A stretch of 58,308 nucleotides of DNA, from contig JAHEMG010000004.1 in the NCBI GenBank assembly GCA_024643755.1, positions 1,599 through 59,906 of the forward strand. Direction: 5' to 3'. The position numbers and the translations under genes are program-made. The DNA is from Flavobacteriales bacterium. Its GTDB lineage: Bacteria; Bacteroidota; Bacteroidia; NS11-12g; UBA955. The notes below the pieces were generated by a model, which did no database searches, was not told the DNA's origin, and saw only the letters and a program-made list of their open reading frames with translations. This document shows, one piece after another, positions 31,409 to 40,564 of this stretch; within the stretch, counting starts at the first letter, position 1; the number at the start of each line of letters is the position of its first letter.

Positions 31409-32679
31409 TGCGATACCGTCCACTTGCCAGCAACAACCAGGAAAAAATCGACAGTTTGGCGATTTTCTTATACGTTGTTTTGCTGTTGATTGGATTTGTT
31501 AGCATAGCTAGCGCCACGTCTGACGTAAATCAGGCATTTTACGATTTATCGGATGTTGCCATCAAGCAATTGGTGTTTATTGTTGGTGCGATATTGATCA
31601 TATTCACCATTGTTTTCTCCAATGTAGTGGTGATCGATTACTTTGCGTACGGCTTTTATGCGGTTGCCATCACTCTGAATATTTTGGTTTTATTTCTTGG
31701 TCGCGAGATATCTGGTGCGAAGTCTTGGTTTGGATTTGGCGGGTTTGGTATTCAACCAAGTGAATTCGCGAAGGTGGCCACTGCCATTGCTCTGTCCAAG
31801 TTTTTAGGAACCTATGGCGTTCGGTTTCAAGGTTGGAAGAATATCGCCACGGCGTTGGGTATCTTTCTGTTGCCAATGGCCATTATTTTGATTCAAAACG
31901 ATACAGGTAGTGCCCTGGTTTTTTTATCGTTTTTCTTGGTACTGTACCGCGAAGGACTGCCAGGATATATCCTAATGTCGGCCGTTTGGTTGGGCATTCT
32001 GGCCATTTTTAGAATTATCAGCGAGGCTACTGGCGTATCGAGTTTTTATGGGTACGGCTTCCTGTTGGGTATTGGGTCTATTGTCGTGTTTTTTGTGCGA
32101 AAAGACCGTGGAATCGCCATATTAGTCACCACCATTGCTGTAGTATCTTCATTGTTTTACACCATCGTGGGTACATTTTATCTGAAAATCTTGCAGCAAT
32201 ATCAGCGTGATCGCATAGAATTGGTGTTGGGATTGAAAGAAGATGACCGGGGATTGGGATTCAATTTGAAGCAATCTAAGATTGCGATTGGTGCGGGAGA
32301 GCTTTGGGGACGTGGCTATTTAAAAGGAACACAAACGAAAATGGGATTTGTGCCGGAGCAACACACCGATTTCATCTTTGATGCCATAGGAGAAGAATGG
32401 GGATTTGTTGGCAGCACCTTGTTTTTACTCATATTTTGTGGCTTGTTGGTAAGACTGGTCATCATAGCGGAACGTCAATCAACGGTATTTGGTCGGGTAC
32501 TCGGTTATTCTTTGGCTTCTGTTTTGTTTTTTCACATGTCGATCAATATCGGGATGACAATGGGATTGGTTCCTACAATTGGTATCCCCCTGCCCTTCAT
32601 TTCTGCTGGTGGTAGTAGTTTATGGGCATTTACCTTGTTTCTTTTTACGTTTCTAAGGGTAGATCAGGTACGGAAATAA
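31408..32679 (+). CDS. rodA: SEDS glycosyltransferase RodA
   Basis: GAKSW, QPSEFAK, QNDTGS, PEQHTDFIF, GEEWGF and GIPLPFISAGGSS; its start overlaps the mrdA stop (TAATG). Confidence 0.96.
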   Translation: MRYRPLASNNQEKIDSLAIFLYVVLLLIGFVSIASATSDVNQAFYDLSDVAIKQLVFIVGAILIIFTIVFSNVVVIDYFAYGFYAVAITLNILVLFLGREISGAKSWFGFGGFGIQPSEFAKVATAIALSKFLGTYGVRFQGWKNIATALGIFLLPMAIILIQNDTGSALVFLSFFLVLYREGLPGYILMSAVWLGILAIFRIISEATGVSSFYGYGFLLGIGSIVVFFVRKDRGIAILVTTIAVVSSLFYTIVGTFYLKILQQYQRDRIELVLGLKEDDRGLGFNLKQSKIAIGAGELWGRGYLKGTQTKMGFVPEQHTDFIFDAIGEEWGFVGSTLFLLIFCGLLVRLVIIAERQSTVFGRVLGYSLASVLFFHMSINIGMTMGLVPTIGIPLPFISAGGSSLWAFTLFLFTFLRVDQVRK

Positions 32680-32704
32680 ACGCGTTTTCCGTATTATTGT
32701 ACTG

Positions 32705-35700
32705 ATGAACAACGTGCGTTTCAAACAGTTGTATGTGCGCAGTTTTACTGCTGTACTGTTGGCTTCAAGTTTATTTTCTTGTGGTGATTCCAATGACGAA
32801 AATGTAGATGTGCTATTTGAAAAAATAGAATCAGATGTCACTGGCATTGATTTCGTGAATACTGTACCCGAAAATGACACATTGAATCAATTCACCTATC
32901 ACTATCTATACAACGGTTCGGGTGTAGCCATTGGCGACATCAACAACGATGGAAAAAACGATTTGTATTTTTCAGGCAATGAAAAGTCGTCTCGTCTTTA
33001 TCTGAATAAGGGTGATTTCAAATTTGAAGATATCACCGAAAAAAGTGGTACGGGAACCAAACAATGGATCAGTGGTGTTACGATGGTCGATGTAAACAAC
33101 GACGGGTGGCTAGATATTTATGCATGTTCTTCAGGACCCAAACAGCTCAAACAATCCAAACGGAACTTATTGTTTATCAATCAAAAGGACGGCAAATTTA
33201 AAGAATCGGCCAAGGAATGGGGCGTAGATGATGGCGGTAACGCTACCTGTGCAACCTTTTTTGATTACGACAACGATGGCGATTTGGACTTCTATCTAGG
33301 CAATCATGCAGATCAGTTTTTCTCTAATATAAACACCCGTTTCACGCCCACCTTGAACATGGATGAGTTTAACCAGCAGCACTTTTTCCGCAATGATGGC
33401 AATAAATTCACCGATGTTTCAGAAAAAGCGGGCGTAGTTAAAATGGGTTATTGTTTGAGCGCTGCAGCAGCGGACTACAACAATGATGGACTTACCGACT
33501 TATACGTTTGCAATGATTACCATGTACCTGACTGCTACTATATCAACAATGGCGATGGCACATTCACCGATCAGTTTGATGTAGCTTTCAAGCACTCAAG
33601 TACAAACTCCATGGGCAGCGATGTTGCGGATGTCAACAACGACGGATTCTCGGACCTGATTACAGTGGACATGCTCTCTGAAAGTCCTCGTAGATATATG
33701 TCGTTGATGGGACCAAAAGACTATGACTATACCATGGTGGGAATCAAAAATGGATACAAAAACCAATACATGAAGAACAACCTTCAAATGAATTTGGGCA
33801 ATGGTCATTTTGCTGATTTGTCCTATTTGTACGGCGTTGCTAAGTCGGATTGGAGTTGGAGCCCCTTACTATCGGATTTTAACGATGATGGATTCACCGA
33901 CATGTTTGTTTCCAATGGTTATTATCGCGATGTAACAAACTTAGATTTTATCCTATATCAAAGCATCGTAGAGCAGCAACAAAAACGTGGGTTGACGCAT
34001 GAAGAATTACTGAAGAAATTGCCCTATGAGAAAATCCAGAATTTCTTTTTTCAAAACAACCAAGGACAGGGTTTCGTCAACAGGGCTAGCGAAGTTGGTT
34101 TAGATGATTTAACCTTGAGTACGGGATCTGCCACCGGTGATTTGGATGGTGACGGCCGCTTAGACTTGGTCGTATGCAACCAGGGAGAGGTGCCTTTGGT
34201 TTACAAAAACATCCACACACAGAACCACTTTTTGAATGTGAAAGCTGAGGGCAGTGATCGCACCAACAAGTTTGGCATTGGCTGTCAATTATTTGTATCT
34301 GATTCTTCGGGCAAATACAGAAAATTCGAAATACAACCTTCTAGGGGCTATCAGAGTTCCTCAGAGGCCATCGCACATATCGGACTTGGTGAAAATGAAT
34401 CATTGTCAGAATTGGTTGTGGTTTGGCCCAACGGAAAAGCCCAAATCCTCAAAGACGTGTCATGTGACCAAACCTTGGTTGTAAAGAGTGCTGATGCTAA
34501 CACAACCTGGGATAGAAATCTCGTTCGCACAGGCGATATTCCATTCTTTACTGAAAATGAAAGTGAATGGGGTTTGAATTTTAATCACGTAGAACAAGAG
34601 AATCCCGACTTCAAACGCGAACCGTTGTTGCCACATCGTTACACCACCCTAGGGCCTGGAATGTCGGCCGGTGACGTAAACGGCGATGGTTTACAAGATT
34701 TATTTGTAGGTAATGCACGTGAAAGCAAAGGTTCTACCCTATTCTTACTGCAAAAAGATGGTAAGTATAGCGTTGCTGGATCTCAGCCATGGCAATCATT
34801 GGATGCTGACGTGATGGGTTCTTTGCTGTTCGACTGTGATGGTGATCGCGACTTGGATTTGTACGTGGCTGTGGGTGGATCTGAGTTTGAATGGCCCTCG
34901 AATAAGTACCAGCACCAACTTTATTTGAACGATGGAAAAGGTAATTTCAGTGTTGCAAAAGACCGTTTGCCCAATGTCGTTAGCAGTAGTAGTTCAGTTT
35001 CATCTTCAGATTACGATAGTGATGGTGATTTAGACCTATTTGTTGCTGGTCGATTGATGCCAGGCAATTGGCCCACCCTTGAAGTTCGCAGTTACTTGTT
35101 GCAAAACAATGGCGGTAAGTTCAGGGATGTCACAGCAGCCTTGGCGCCAGACTTAGAAAATGCGGGCATGATTTGTTCGGCCATATTCAGCGATTACAAT
35201 GGCGATGGGAAGCCTGACTTATTGCTCGCGGGAGAATGGATGCCGCTGATTTTCATGGAAAATACTGGGGGCAAATTCGTTAACAAAACGGGTGAAGTTG
35301 GCGATGCTTCGCTATCGGGTTGGATGAATAGCATTACCCCAACCGATATCGACAACGATGGCGATTTGGATTATATCGTTGGGAACAAAGGAAACAACAG
35401 CTTTATACAAGCCAAAGTTGGCAGTCCAACCAAAGTATTTTGGGCAGATTTTGATGGCAATGGCCGACAGGATATCGCCATGAGTTATCACTATGGTGGG
35501 AGCGATTATCCTTTGTTCACGATGGACGAAATGGGTAAGGCCTACCCTTTCTTTATCAATAAAAAATTCACCACATACAATGACTTTGCGGGTAAAACCA
35601 TGGAAGAGATCTTTGGCGCAGAGGTGTTGAAACAAAATAGTTTAACGGCCAATTACTTCTCAAACTTCGTCGCCATCAACAACGGTGGTAAATTTAGTTT

Positions 35701-36220
35701 TGTTGAGTTGCCGATGTGGGCGCAAGCAGGTCCTATGTTTGGTACTACCGTTTTGGATATTGATGGGAACGGTTTCGATGACATTCTTTGCACCGGCAAT
35801 AACTACAACACCCGCGTACCGCATGGTCGTGATGATGCCCAACCTAGCTTCGTATTGTTCAACAATGGAGGCAGTTTCACTTATCAATCAGGTTCACGTA
35901 ATGGATTGTATAACCAAGACGATGGAAAATCATTGATTTTATGTCCCGGAGCCAATGGACAAGTCAGAGCGATCATGGCTAACAACAATGGAAAACTCAG
36001 GGGTTACACTTTGTTAAACGGTAAAAACCAACCCCAAAACATCTCTTTTGTTACAGCCCCACCAATGGCAAGTTATGCCAAGGTAACTGTAAATGGATCT
36101 CTAAAAATGGTTGGTCTTAACGGCGGCACTGGTTACTTGACGGGCAATGTACCTGGTGTTTGGAAAACGAAAGGCGTCGACAAAATCGAGTTCTTTGATG
36201 TTACCGGACGCAGGTTGTAA
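32705..36220 (+). CDS. FG-GAP/VCBS-repeat, ASPIC/UnbV-domain (CRTAC1-like) lipoprotein
   Basis: Lipobox LFSC; many DxNxDGxxD loops arranged in two propeller blocks; central ASPIC/UnbV motif RGYQSS...HIGLG...VVWPNG. Confidence 0.92.
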   Translation: MNNVRFKQLYVRSFTAVLLASSLFSCGDSNDENVDVLFEKIESDVTGIDFVNTVPENDTLNQFTYHYLYNGSGVAIGDINNDGKNDLYFSGNEKSSRLYLNKGDFKFEDITEKSGTGTKQWISGVTMVDVNNDGWLDIYACSSGPKQLKQSKRNLLFINQKDGKFKESAKEWGVDDGGNATCATFFDYDNDGDLDFYLGNHADQFFSNINTRFTPTLNMDEFNQQHFFRNDGNKFTDVSEKAGVVKMGYCLSAAAADYNNDGLTDLYVCNDYHVPDCYYINNGDGTFTDQFDVAFKHSSTNSMGSDVADVNNDGFSDLITVDMLSESPRRYMSLMGPKDYDYTMVGIKNGYKNQYMKNNLQMNLGNGHFADLSYLYGVAKSDWSWSPLLSDFNDDGFTDMFVSNGYYRDVTNLDFILYQSIVEQQQKRGLTHEELLKKLPYEKIQNFFFQNNQGQGFVNRASEVGLDDLTLSTGSATGDLDGDGRLDLVVCNQGEVPLVYKNIHTQNHFLNVKAEGSDRTNKFGIGCQLFVSDSSGKYRKFEIQPSRGYQSSSEAIAHIGLGENESLSELVVVWPNGKAQILKDVSCDQTLVVKSADANTTWDRNLVRTGDIPFFTENESEWGLNFNHVEQENPDFKREPLLPHRYTTLGPGMSAGDVNGDGLQDLFVGNARESKGSTLFLLQKDGKYSVAGSQPWQSLDADVMGSLLFDCDGDRDLDLYVAVGGSEFEWPSNKYQHQLYLNDGKGNFSVAKDRLPNVVSSSSSVSSSDYDSDGDLDLFVAGRLMPGNWPTLEVRSYLLQNNGGKFRDVTAALAPDLENAGMICSAIFSDYNGDGKPDLLLAGEWMPLIFMENTGGKFVNKTGEVGDASLSGWMNSITPTDIDNDGDLDYIVGNKGNNSFIQAKVGSPTKVFWADFDGNGRQDIAMSYHYGGSDYPLFTMDEMGKAYPFFINKKFTTYNDFAGKTMEEIFGAEVLKQNSLTANYFSNFVAINNGGKFSFVELPMWAQAGPMFGTTVLDIDGNGFDDILCTGNNYNTRVPHGRDDAQPSFVLFNNGGSFTYQSGSRNGLYNQDDGKSLILCPGANGQVRAIMANNNGKLRGYTLLNGKNQPQNISFVTAPPMASYAKVTVNGSLKMVGLNGGTGYLTGNVPGVWKTKGVDKIEFFDVTGRRL

Positions 36221-36260
36221 TAACTTTCAAGGTATAGTTGTATTTTAATATGTAAAACAC

Positions 36261-36268
36261 TATTTTTG
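36261..36268 (+). promoter_or_regulatory. -7 element for the 51-aa ORF
   Basis: TATTTTTG followed by CAACC, with TTG ending 20 nt upstream as a plausible -33; the ATG is 18 nt downstream. Confidence 0.7.
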
Positions 36269-36286
36269 CAACCTAATTGTAAGAAC

Positions 36287-36442
36287 ATGGCTGTTACTAA
36301 ACTCAAAAGAAAAGAAGCAAAAAACAGAAGCAGAATGACCAAGCGCGTTGATAACATCAAACGTTTGAAGTTGGTTACCACTATCGCTTCTCCATACAAA
36401 GGCATATCTGGAATCGTCTTGGAAGACCAAGAAAACCAATAA
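36287..36442 (+). CDS. 51-aa basic small protein, not in the ORF track: MAVTKLKRKEAKNRSRMTKRVDNIKRLKLVTTIASPYKGISGIVLEDQENQ
   Basis: Read directly from the sequence, ATG 36287 to TAA 36440-36442; it has its own promoter and terminator and a K/R-rich N-terminus. Confidence 0.8.
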   Translation: MAVTKLKRKEAKNRSRMTKRVDNIKRLKLVTTIASPYKGISGIVLEDQENQ

Positions 36443-36463
36443 ATGTCATTGTTTTAGATATTG

Positions 36464-36492
36464 AAGGCACGCATATTTGCGTGCCTTTTTTT
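36464..36492 (+). terminator. Intrinsic terminator after the 51-aa ORF
   Basis: AAGGCACGCA-TATT-TGCGTGCCTT followed by a T tract. Confidence 0.85.
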
Positions 36493-36507
36493 ATTAAATT
36501 CACAGCA

Positions 36508-37842
36508 ATGAACGCAACTATGCTCAAACGCACACTACTGTTTTCAATCATCGGCCTCAGTTTATTTCAAAACGCTTGTCAAAAAGCCACTGAAACTGAG
36601 AACAAGATCATTCAAAACGACATTCTCTCGATTTGCAATATGGCCATTCAAAACGCCATTGTTGTTGACCACGTAGCCGCACCTGTAGGATCGCGCAGAT
36701 ATGTGTATGCATCAATCGCCGCCTATGAATCATTGGTGCCCTTTCATTCAAATTATCAAAGTGTCGCCCCCATGATGAATGGATTAAAAGCCACACCATT
36801 GCCTGATACCACACAGAAATATTGTTTGGATTTGGTTGCCATGGCTGCGCATACCTATGTGAGTCAGAAATTGGTCTACAAAGAAGACAGCATCGCAAAT
36901 TTCAGGAAGCGACAACTAGAATTTTACCAAGACAAAATGTCGAATAGCATGTTCGAAGCCTCGATCAGTTATGGCGATAGCGTGGGTTCACACATTGTAA
37001 AATGGTCAAAATCTGACTCATTTGCTTATTTCCGTGGACGCGAATTTTTCTTAACCAAAAACAACCCTGGTTCATGGGAGCAAACACCCCCAGATTTCAT
37101 GGAAGCCATCGAACCAAATTGGGGCAGAATCCGTCCGGTTTTGGTAAAATCAGTCAGAGAATTTCAATTTGATGCGCCGGAGCCATACAGTACAAACAAA
37201 CAATCGCGTTTTTATGCCATCGCCAAACAGGTATACGACACAGTAAATTCAAAAGACACGAACCAACTTAAGACTGCTTGGTATTGGGATGACAATCCAA
37301 ATGCATCCGTGCATTATGGTCATGCTACAATCAATGTGCTGAAGGTATCTCCTGCGGGACATTGGTTATCGATGTTTTCAACGGTGGCTCGACAAAAGAA
37401 CTATTCATTGATGGAAACGGCTGATGGTATGGTTCGATTATCTTCTGCCATATTTGATGCCTTTATTACTTGTTGGCACGTAAAGTATAAAACAGATTAT
37501 TTAAGACCGATCACTGCGATCCATGACTTGATCGATTCTAGCTGGAACTCTCCCATTCAAACACCCGCTTTTCCTGAGTATCCTTCAGGTCACAGTGTGG
37601 TATCAAGTGCCGCAGCTACCGTGTTAACGGCAACCTTTGGAGAATATGAGTTTACTGATAGTGCCGAATTCAAATTTGGTTTGGGTGTGAGAAAATTCAA
37701 GAATTTCAGGGAGGCTAGCAACCAAGCTTGCATGTCGCGCTTATACGGCGGCATTCACTTTATTGATGCGATAGAGAAAGGTAAGAAGTTGGGCAACGAG
37801 GTTGGAAATTACCACGTTACCCATCTTAAAACAAAACGATAA
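36508..37842 (+). CDS. Vanadium-dependent haloperoxidase-family (PAP2 superfamily) lipoprotein
   Basis: All three vanadate/phosphate motifs are present: KYKTDYLRP, PEYPSGHS and SRLYGGIHF. Signal peptide with Cys (FQNAC). Start 36508 or 36520. Confidence 0.88.
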   Translation: MNATMLKRTLLFSIIGLSLFQNACQKATETENKIIQNDILSICNMAIQNAIVVDHVAAPVGSRRYVYASIAAYESLVPFHSNYQSVAPMMNGLKATPLPDTTQKYCLDLVAMAAHTYVSQKLVYKEDSIANFRKRQLEFYQDKMSNSMFEASISYGDSVGSHIVKWSKSDSFAYFRGREFFLTKNNPGSWEQTPPDFMEAIEPNWGRIRPVLVKSVREFQFDAPEPYSTNKQSRFYAIAKQVYDTVNSKDTNQLKTAWYWDDNPNASVHYGHATINVLKVSPAGHWLSMFSTVARQKNYSLMETADGMVRLSSAIFDAFITCWHVKYKTDYLRPITAIHDLIDSSWNSPIQTPAFPEYPSGHSVVSSAAATVLTATFGEYEFTDSAEFKFGLGVRKFKNFREASNQACMSRLYGGIHFIDAIEKGKKLGNEVGNYHVTHLKTKR

Positions 37843-37847
37843 ACTGC

Positions 37848-40469
37848 TTATTGCAATTGCGACAGACGCTTTTCGATAATCAGTAACTTATCAGAAGCGT
37901 CTGCCAATTTTTTACGCTCTACTTCTACCACCTCTGGCTTTGCATTCTGCACAAAGCGCTCATTTTCAAGCTTCTTACGTACAGATGAGATAAATCCATC
38001 GTAATACGCTTTCTCTTTCTCAAGTTCTTCACGCTCTTTATCAACATCAATGGCGATGTTGAGTTCCACCCAAATTTCATTTGTCCCAACGATGATTGGC
38101 ATCCCATTTTGGGGCTTGGTTGACAGGTCTGTATGAATCACCACATTGGCCAATTTCTCTACAAAATCCAACAATCCCAATATGGCTTGAGCTGTTTCTG
38201 GTACCCAAATATTCAATGCTTCTTTTGGCGACAAGCCACGGGTATTGCGTGTATTTCGGATTTCTGTTACCAGTTGCAATGCCTCAGAGGAAATCAATGC
38301 ATTTTTAGATGTATTATTGGCTGTTGGATACGGTGATAATACCAAGGTTTCTGCATTGCCATTGTACATCAACTGAACAATCTCCTCGGTGATAAATGGC
38401 ATGTATGGGTGCAATAACGACATCAATTGATGCAATATGTCTTGCGCCTCCTTTTGGGTAGCACTTGCAATGGCTTCTCCGTATGGAGGTTTGATCGCTT
38501 CTAGGTATACCGCACAGAAATCATCCCAAATCAGTTTGTAGGTAGCCATCAAAGCGTCCGACAATCTAAACTCTGCGAACAAATGCTCTATTTCATGAAG
38601 CGCAGCATTGAGTTGCGATTCCATAAACATTTTTGCTTGGTTGGCCGCTTTGGTAGGTGCTTGGTCGTGCGTTGCCCACCCTTGAATCAACCTGAAGGCA
38701 TTCCAAATTTTGTTACAGAAATTCCGTCCTTGTTCGATTTGCGTTTCATCAAAGAGAATATCATTGCCGGCAGGTGAACAAAGCAACAGGCCCATCCGCA
38801 CTGAATCTGCTCCAAATTTCTCAATAAGCTCAAGTGCATCGGGACTATTACCCAATGACTTACTCATTTTCCGTCTGAGTTTATCGCGAATCAAACCGGT
38901 AAAGTATACGTTCTTGAAAGGCATTTTACCTTCAAATTCGTAACCCGCCATGATCATACGCGCCACCCAGAAAAACAAAATATCCGGACCGGTTACAAGG
39001 TCGTTGGTAGGATAATAGTAATTGAGTTCGGTTTTGTCGGCCTGCTCTCCTATTCCATCAAAAACAGAAATTGGCCACAACCAAGAACTAAACCAAGTAT
39101 CCAATACATCTGGATCTTGATTGATATCAGCCGTTGTTACAGTGATAGACTTTTTCGCAAATTCAACCACCGCTTCTTCAGCCGTTTTTGCCACTACCCA
39201 TTCACCATTGGTTGCATACCAAGCCGGGATACGATGACCCCACCACAACTGACGAGAAATGTTCCAATCTTTCACATTTTCCATCCAATGGCGATAGGTG
39301 TTTTTCAATTTAGCAGGATAGAAATTAATTTCATCGTTCATTACAGATGAAAGCACTTCTGGATTCTTTTTCATAAAATCCTGCATATTCATGAACCACT
39401 GGGTGCTAATTCTTGGCTCAACTACGGCATCGGTTCGCTCGCTGTATCCAACGTTGTGAATGTAATTTTCTTGTTTTGACAACAAATTGGCTTCCTTCAA
39501 GGCCTTCACCCATTGTTTACGTGCTACAAATCTGTCTTGACCCACGAACAATTCGCCTGCTTCAGAGATTGTACCATCGGCATTCAATGTATCAATCACG
39601 GGCAAATTATACTTTAACCCAATGTTGTAGTCATTGATGTCGTGTGCGGGGGTTACTTTCAAAACACCTGTACCAAACTCAATATCAATATAGTCATCTG
39701 CAATGATTGTCACTTCCCTATTTATCAAGGGAACCATTACTTTTTTGCCAATCAAATTTTGGTATCGTTCATCATTGGGATTCACACATACGGCCACATC
39801 TCCGGCAATGGTTTCGGGTCGCGCAGTAGCCACCATCAATTCACCATCGAAGTCTACCCCTTTATAAATTACATAAAAGAGTTGATCTGGCGTTTCTTTA
39901 AAAATCACTTCCTCGTCGCTCAACGTTGTTTGTCCCGCCGGATCCCAGTTCACCATTTTGGTGCCCCGATAAATCAATCCCTTTTTGAACAAATCAACAA
40001 AAACATCAACCACCGCTTCATACAAACTGGGCTCCATGGTAAACCTGGTACGATCCCAATCGCAACTTGCACCCAGCTTTTGCAATTGCTGCAAAATGAT
40101 TCCCCCATATTTTTCTTTCCACTCAAAGGCATGACCAAGGAATTCTTCCCTTGTAAGACTGGATTTGGGGATGCCCTTTTCAGCCAACAATTTCACAACC
40201 TTTGCTTCTGTAGCGATACTGGCATGATCTGTACCAGGGACCCAACAAGCATTGAATCCTTGCTTACGCGCTTTGCGTATCAATACATCTTGAATGGTAT
40301 TGTTCAACATATGTCCCATATGCAAAACACCCGTAACGTTTGGCGGCGGGATTACGATGGTATAAGCAGGACGTTCATCGGGAACTGAACGGAAGTACTT
40401 TTGGCTCAACCAGTGTTGGTACCATTTATTCTCAATATCGGAGGGGTTGTATTTGGCGTAAATTTCCAT
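37848..40469 (-). CDS. valS: Valine--tRNA ligase
   Basis: PPPNVTGVLHMGH (HIGH), GTDHASIATE, DWNISRQLWWGH, KMSKS and a C-terminal coiled coil. Confidence 0.98.
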   Translation of the reverse strand: MEIYAKYNPSDIENKWYQHWLSQKYFRSVPDERPAYTIVIPPPNVTGVLHMGHMLNNTIQDVLIRKARKQGFNACWVPGTDHASIATEAKVVKLLAEKGIPKSSLTREEFLGHAFEWKEKYGGIILQQLQKLGASCDWDRTRFTMEPSLYEAVVDVFVDLFKKGLIYRGTKMVNWDPAGQTTLSDEEVIFKETPDQLFYVIYKGVDFDGELMVATARPETIAGDVAVCVNPNDERYQNLIGKKVMVPLINREVTIIADDYIDIEFGTGVLKVTPAHDINDYNIGLKYNLPVIDTLNADGTISEAGELFVGQDRFVARKQWVKALKEANLLSKQENYIHNVGYSERTDAVVEPRISTQWFMNMQDFMKKNPEVLSSVMNDEINFYPAKLKNTYRHWMENVKDWNISRQLWWGHRIPAWYATNGEWVVAKTAEEAVVEFAKKSITVTTADINQDPDVLDTWFSSWLWPISVFDGIGEQADKTELNYYYPTNDLVTGPDILFFWVARMIMAGYEFEGKMPFKNVYFTGLIRDKLRRKMSKSLGNSPDALELIEKFGADSVRMGLLLCSPAGNDILFDETQIEQGRNFCNKIWNAFRLIQGWATHDQAPTKAANQAKMFMESQLNAALHEIEHLFAEFRLSDALMATYKLIWDDFCAVYLEAIKPPYGEAIASATQKEAQDILHQLMSLLHPYMPFITEEIVQLMYNGNAETLVLSPYPTANNTSKNALISSEALQLVTEIRNTRNTRGLSPKEALNIWVPETAQAILGLLDFVEKLANVVIHTDLSTKPQNGMPIIVGTNEIWVELNIAIDVDKEREELEKEKAYYDGFISSVRKKLENERFVQNAKPEVVEVERKKLADASDKLLIIEKRLSQLQ

Positions 40470-40474
40470 TGTTG

Positions 40475-40482
40475 CAAAATTA
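40475..40482 (-). promoter_or_regulatory. -7 element for valS
   Basis: TAATTTTG, 5 nt before ATG 40469. Confidence 0.65.
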
Positions 40483-40517
40483 CGATTTTCGTTTTGTGTT
40501 TTGGGTTGATATCAAAT

Positions 40518-40547
40518 AAAAAGGCCACTCCAAAGAGTGGCCTTTTT
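40518..40547. terminator. Intrinsic terminator ending the act operon
   Basis: AAAAAGGCCACTC-CAAA-GAGTGGCCTTTTT, a perfect 13-bp inverted repeat 17 nt after the actF stop. Confidence 0.88.
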
Positions 40548-40564
40548 TATGAATTTGTTTGTGA

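Noticed and set aside
32900-35800. Recurring GAY-AAY-GAY-GGN nucleotide motifs suggesting a repeat array
   Set aside because: They encode the DxNxDG loops of FG-GAP repeats; there is no CRISPR-like repeat-spacer structure.
36170-36220. ASPIC protein C-terminus (IEFFDVTGRRL) resembling the start of a T9SS sorting domain
   Set aside because: It lacks the rest of the CTD (GxY and the terminal KxxK strand), and the protein is already a lipoprotein.
36133-36405. 90-aa minus-strand ORF with a hydrophobic stretch
   Set aside because: It is antisense to the 51-aa basic ORF and the ASPIC gene end; the promoter and terminator support the plus strand, and the hydrophobic stretch mirrors the A-rich Lys/Arg codons.
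39642-40388. 248-aa plus-strand ORF
   Set aside because: Antisense shadow of valS.
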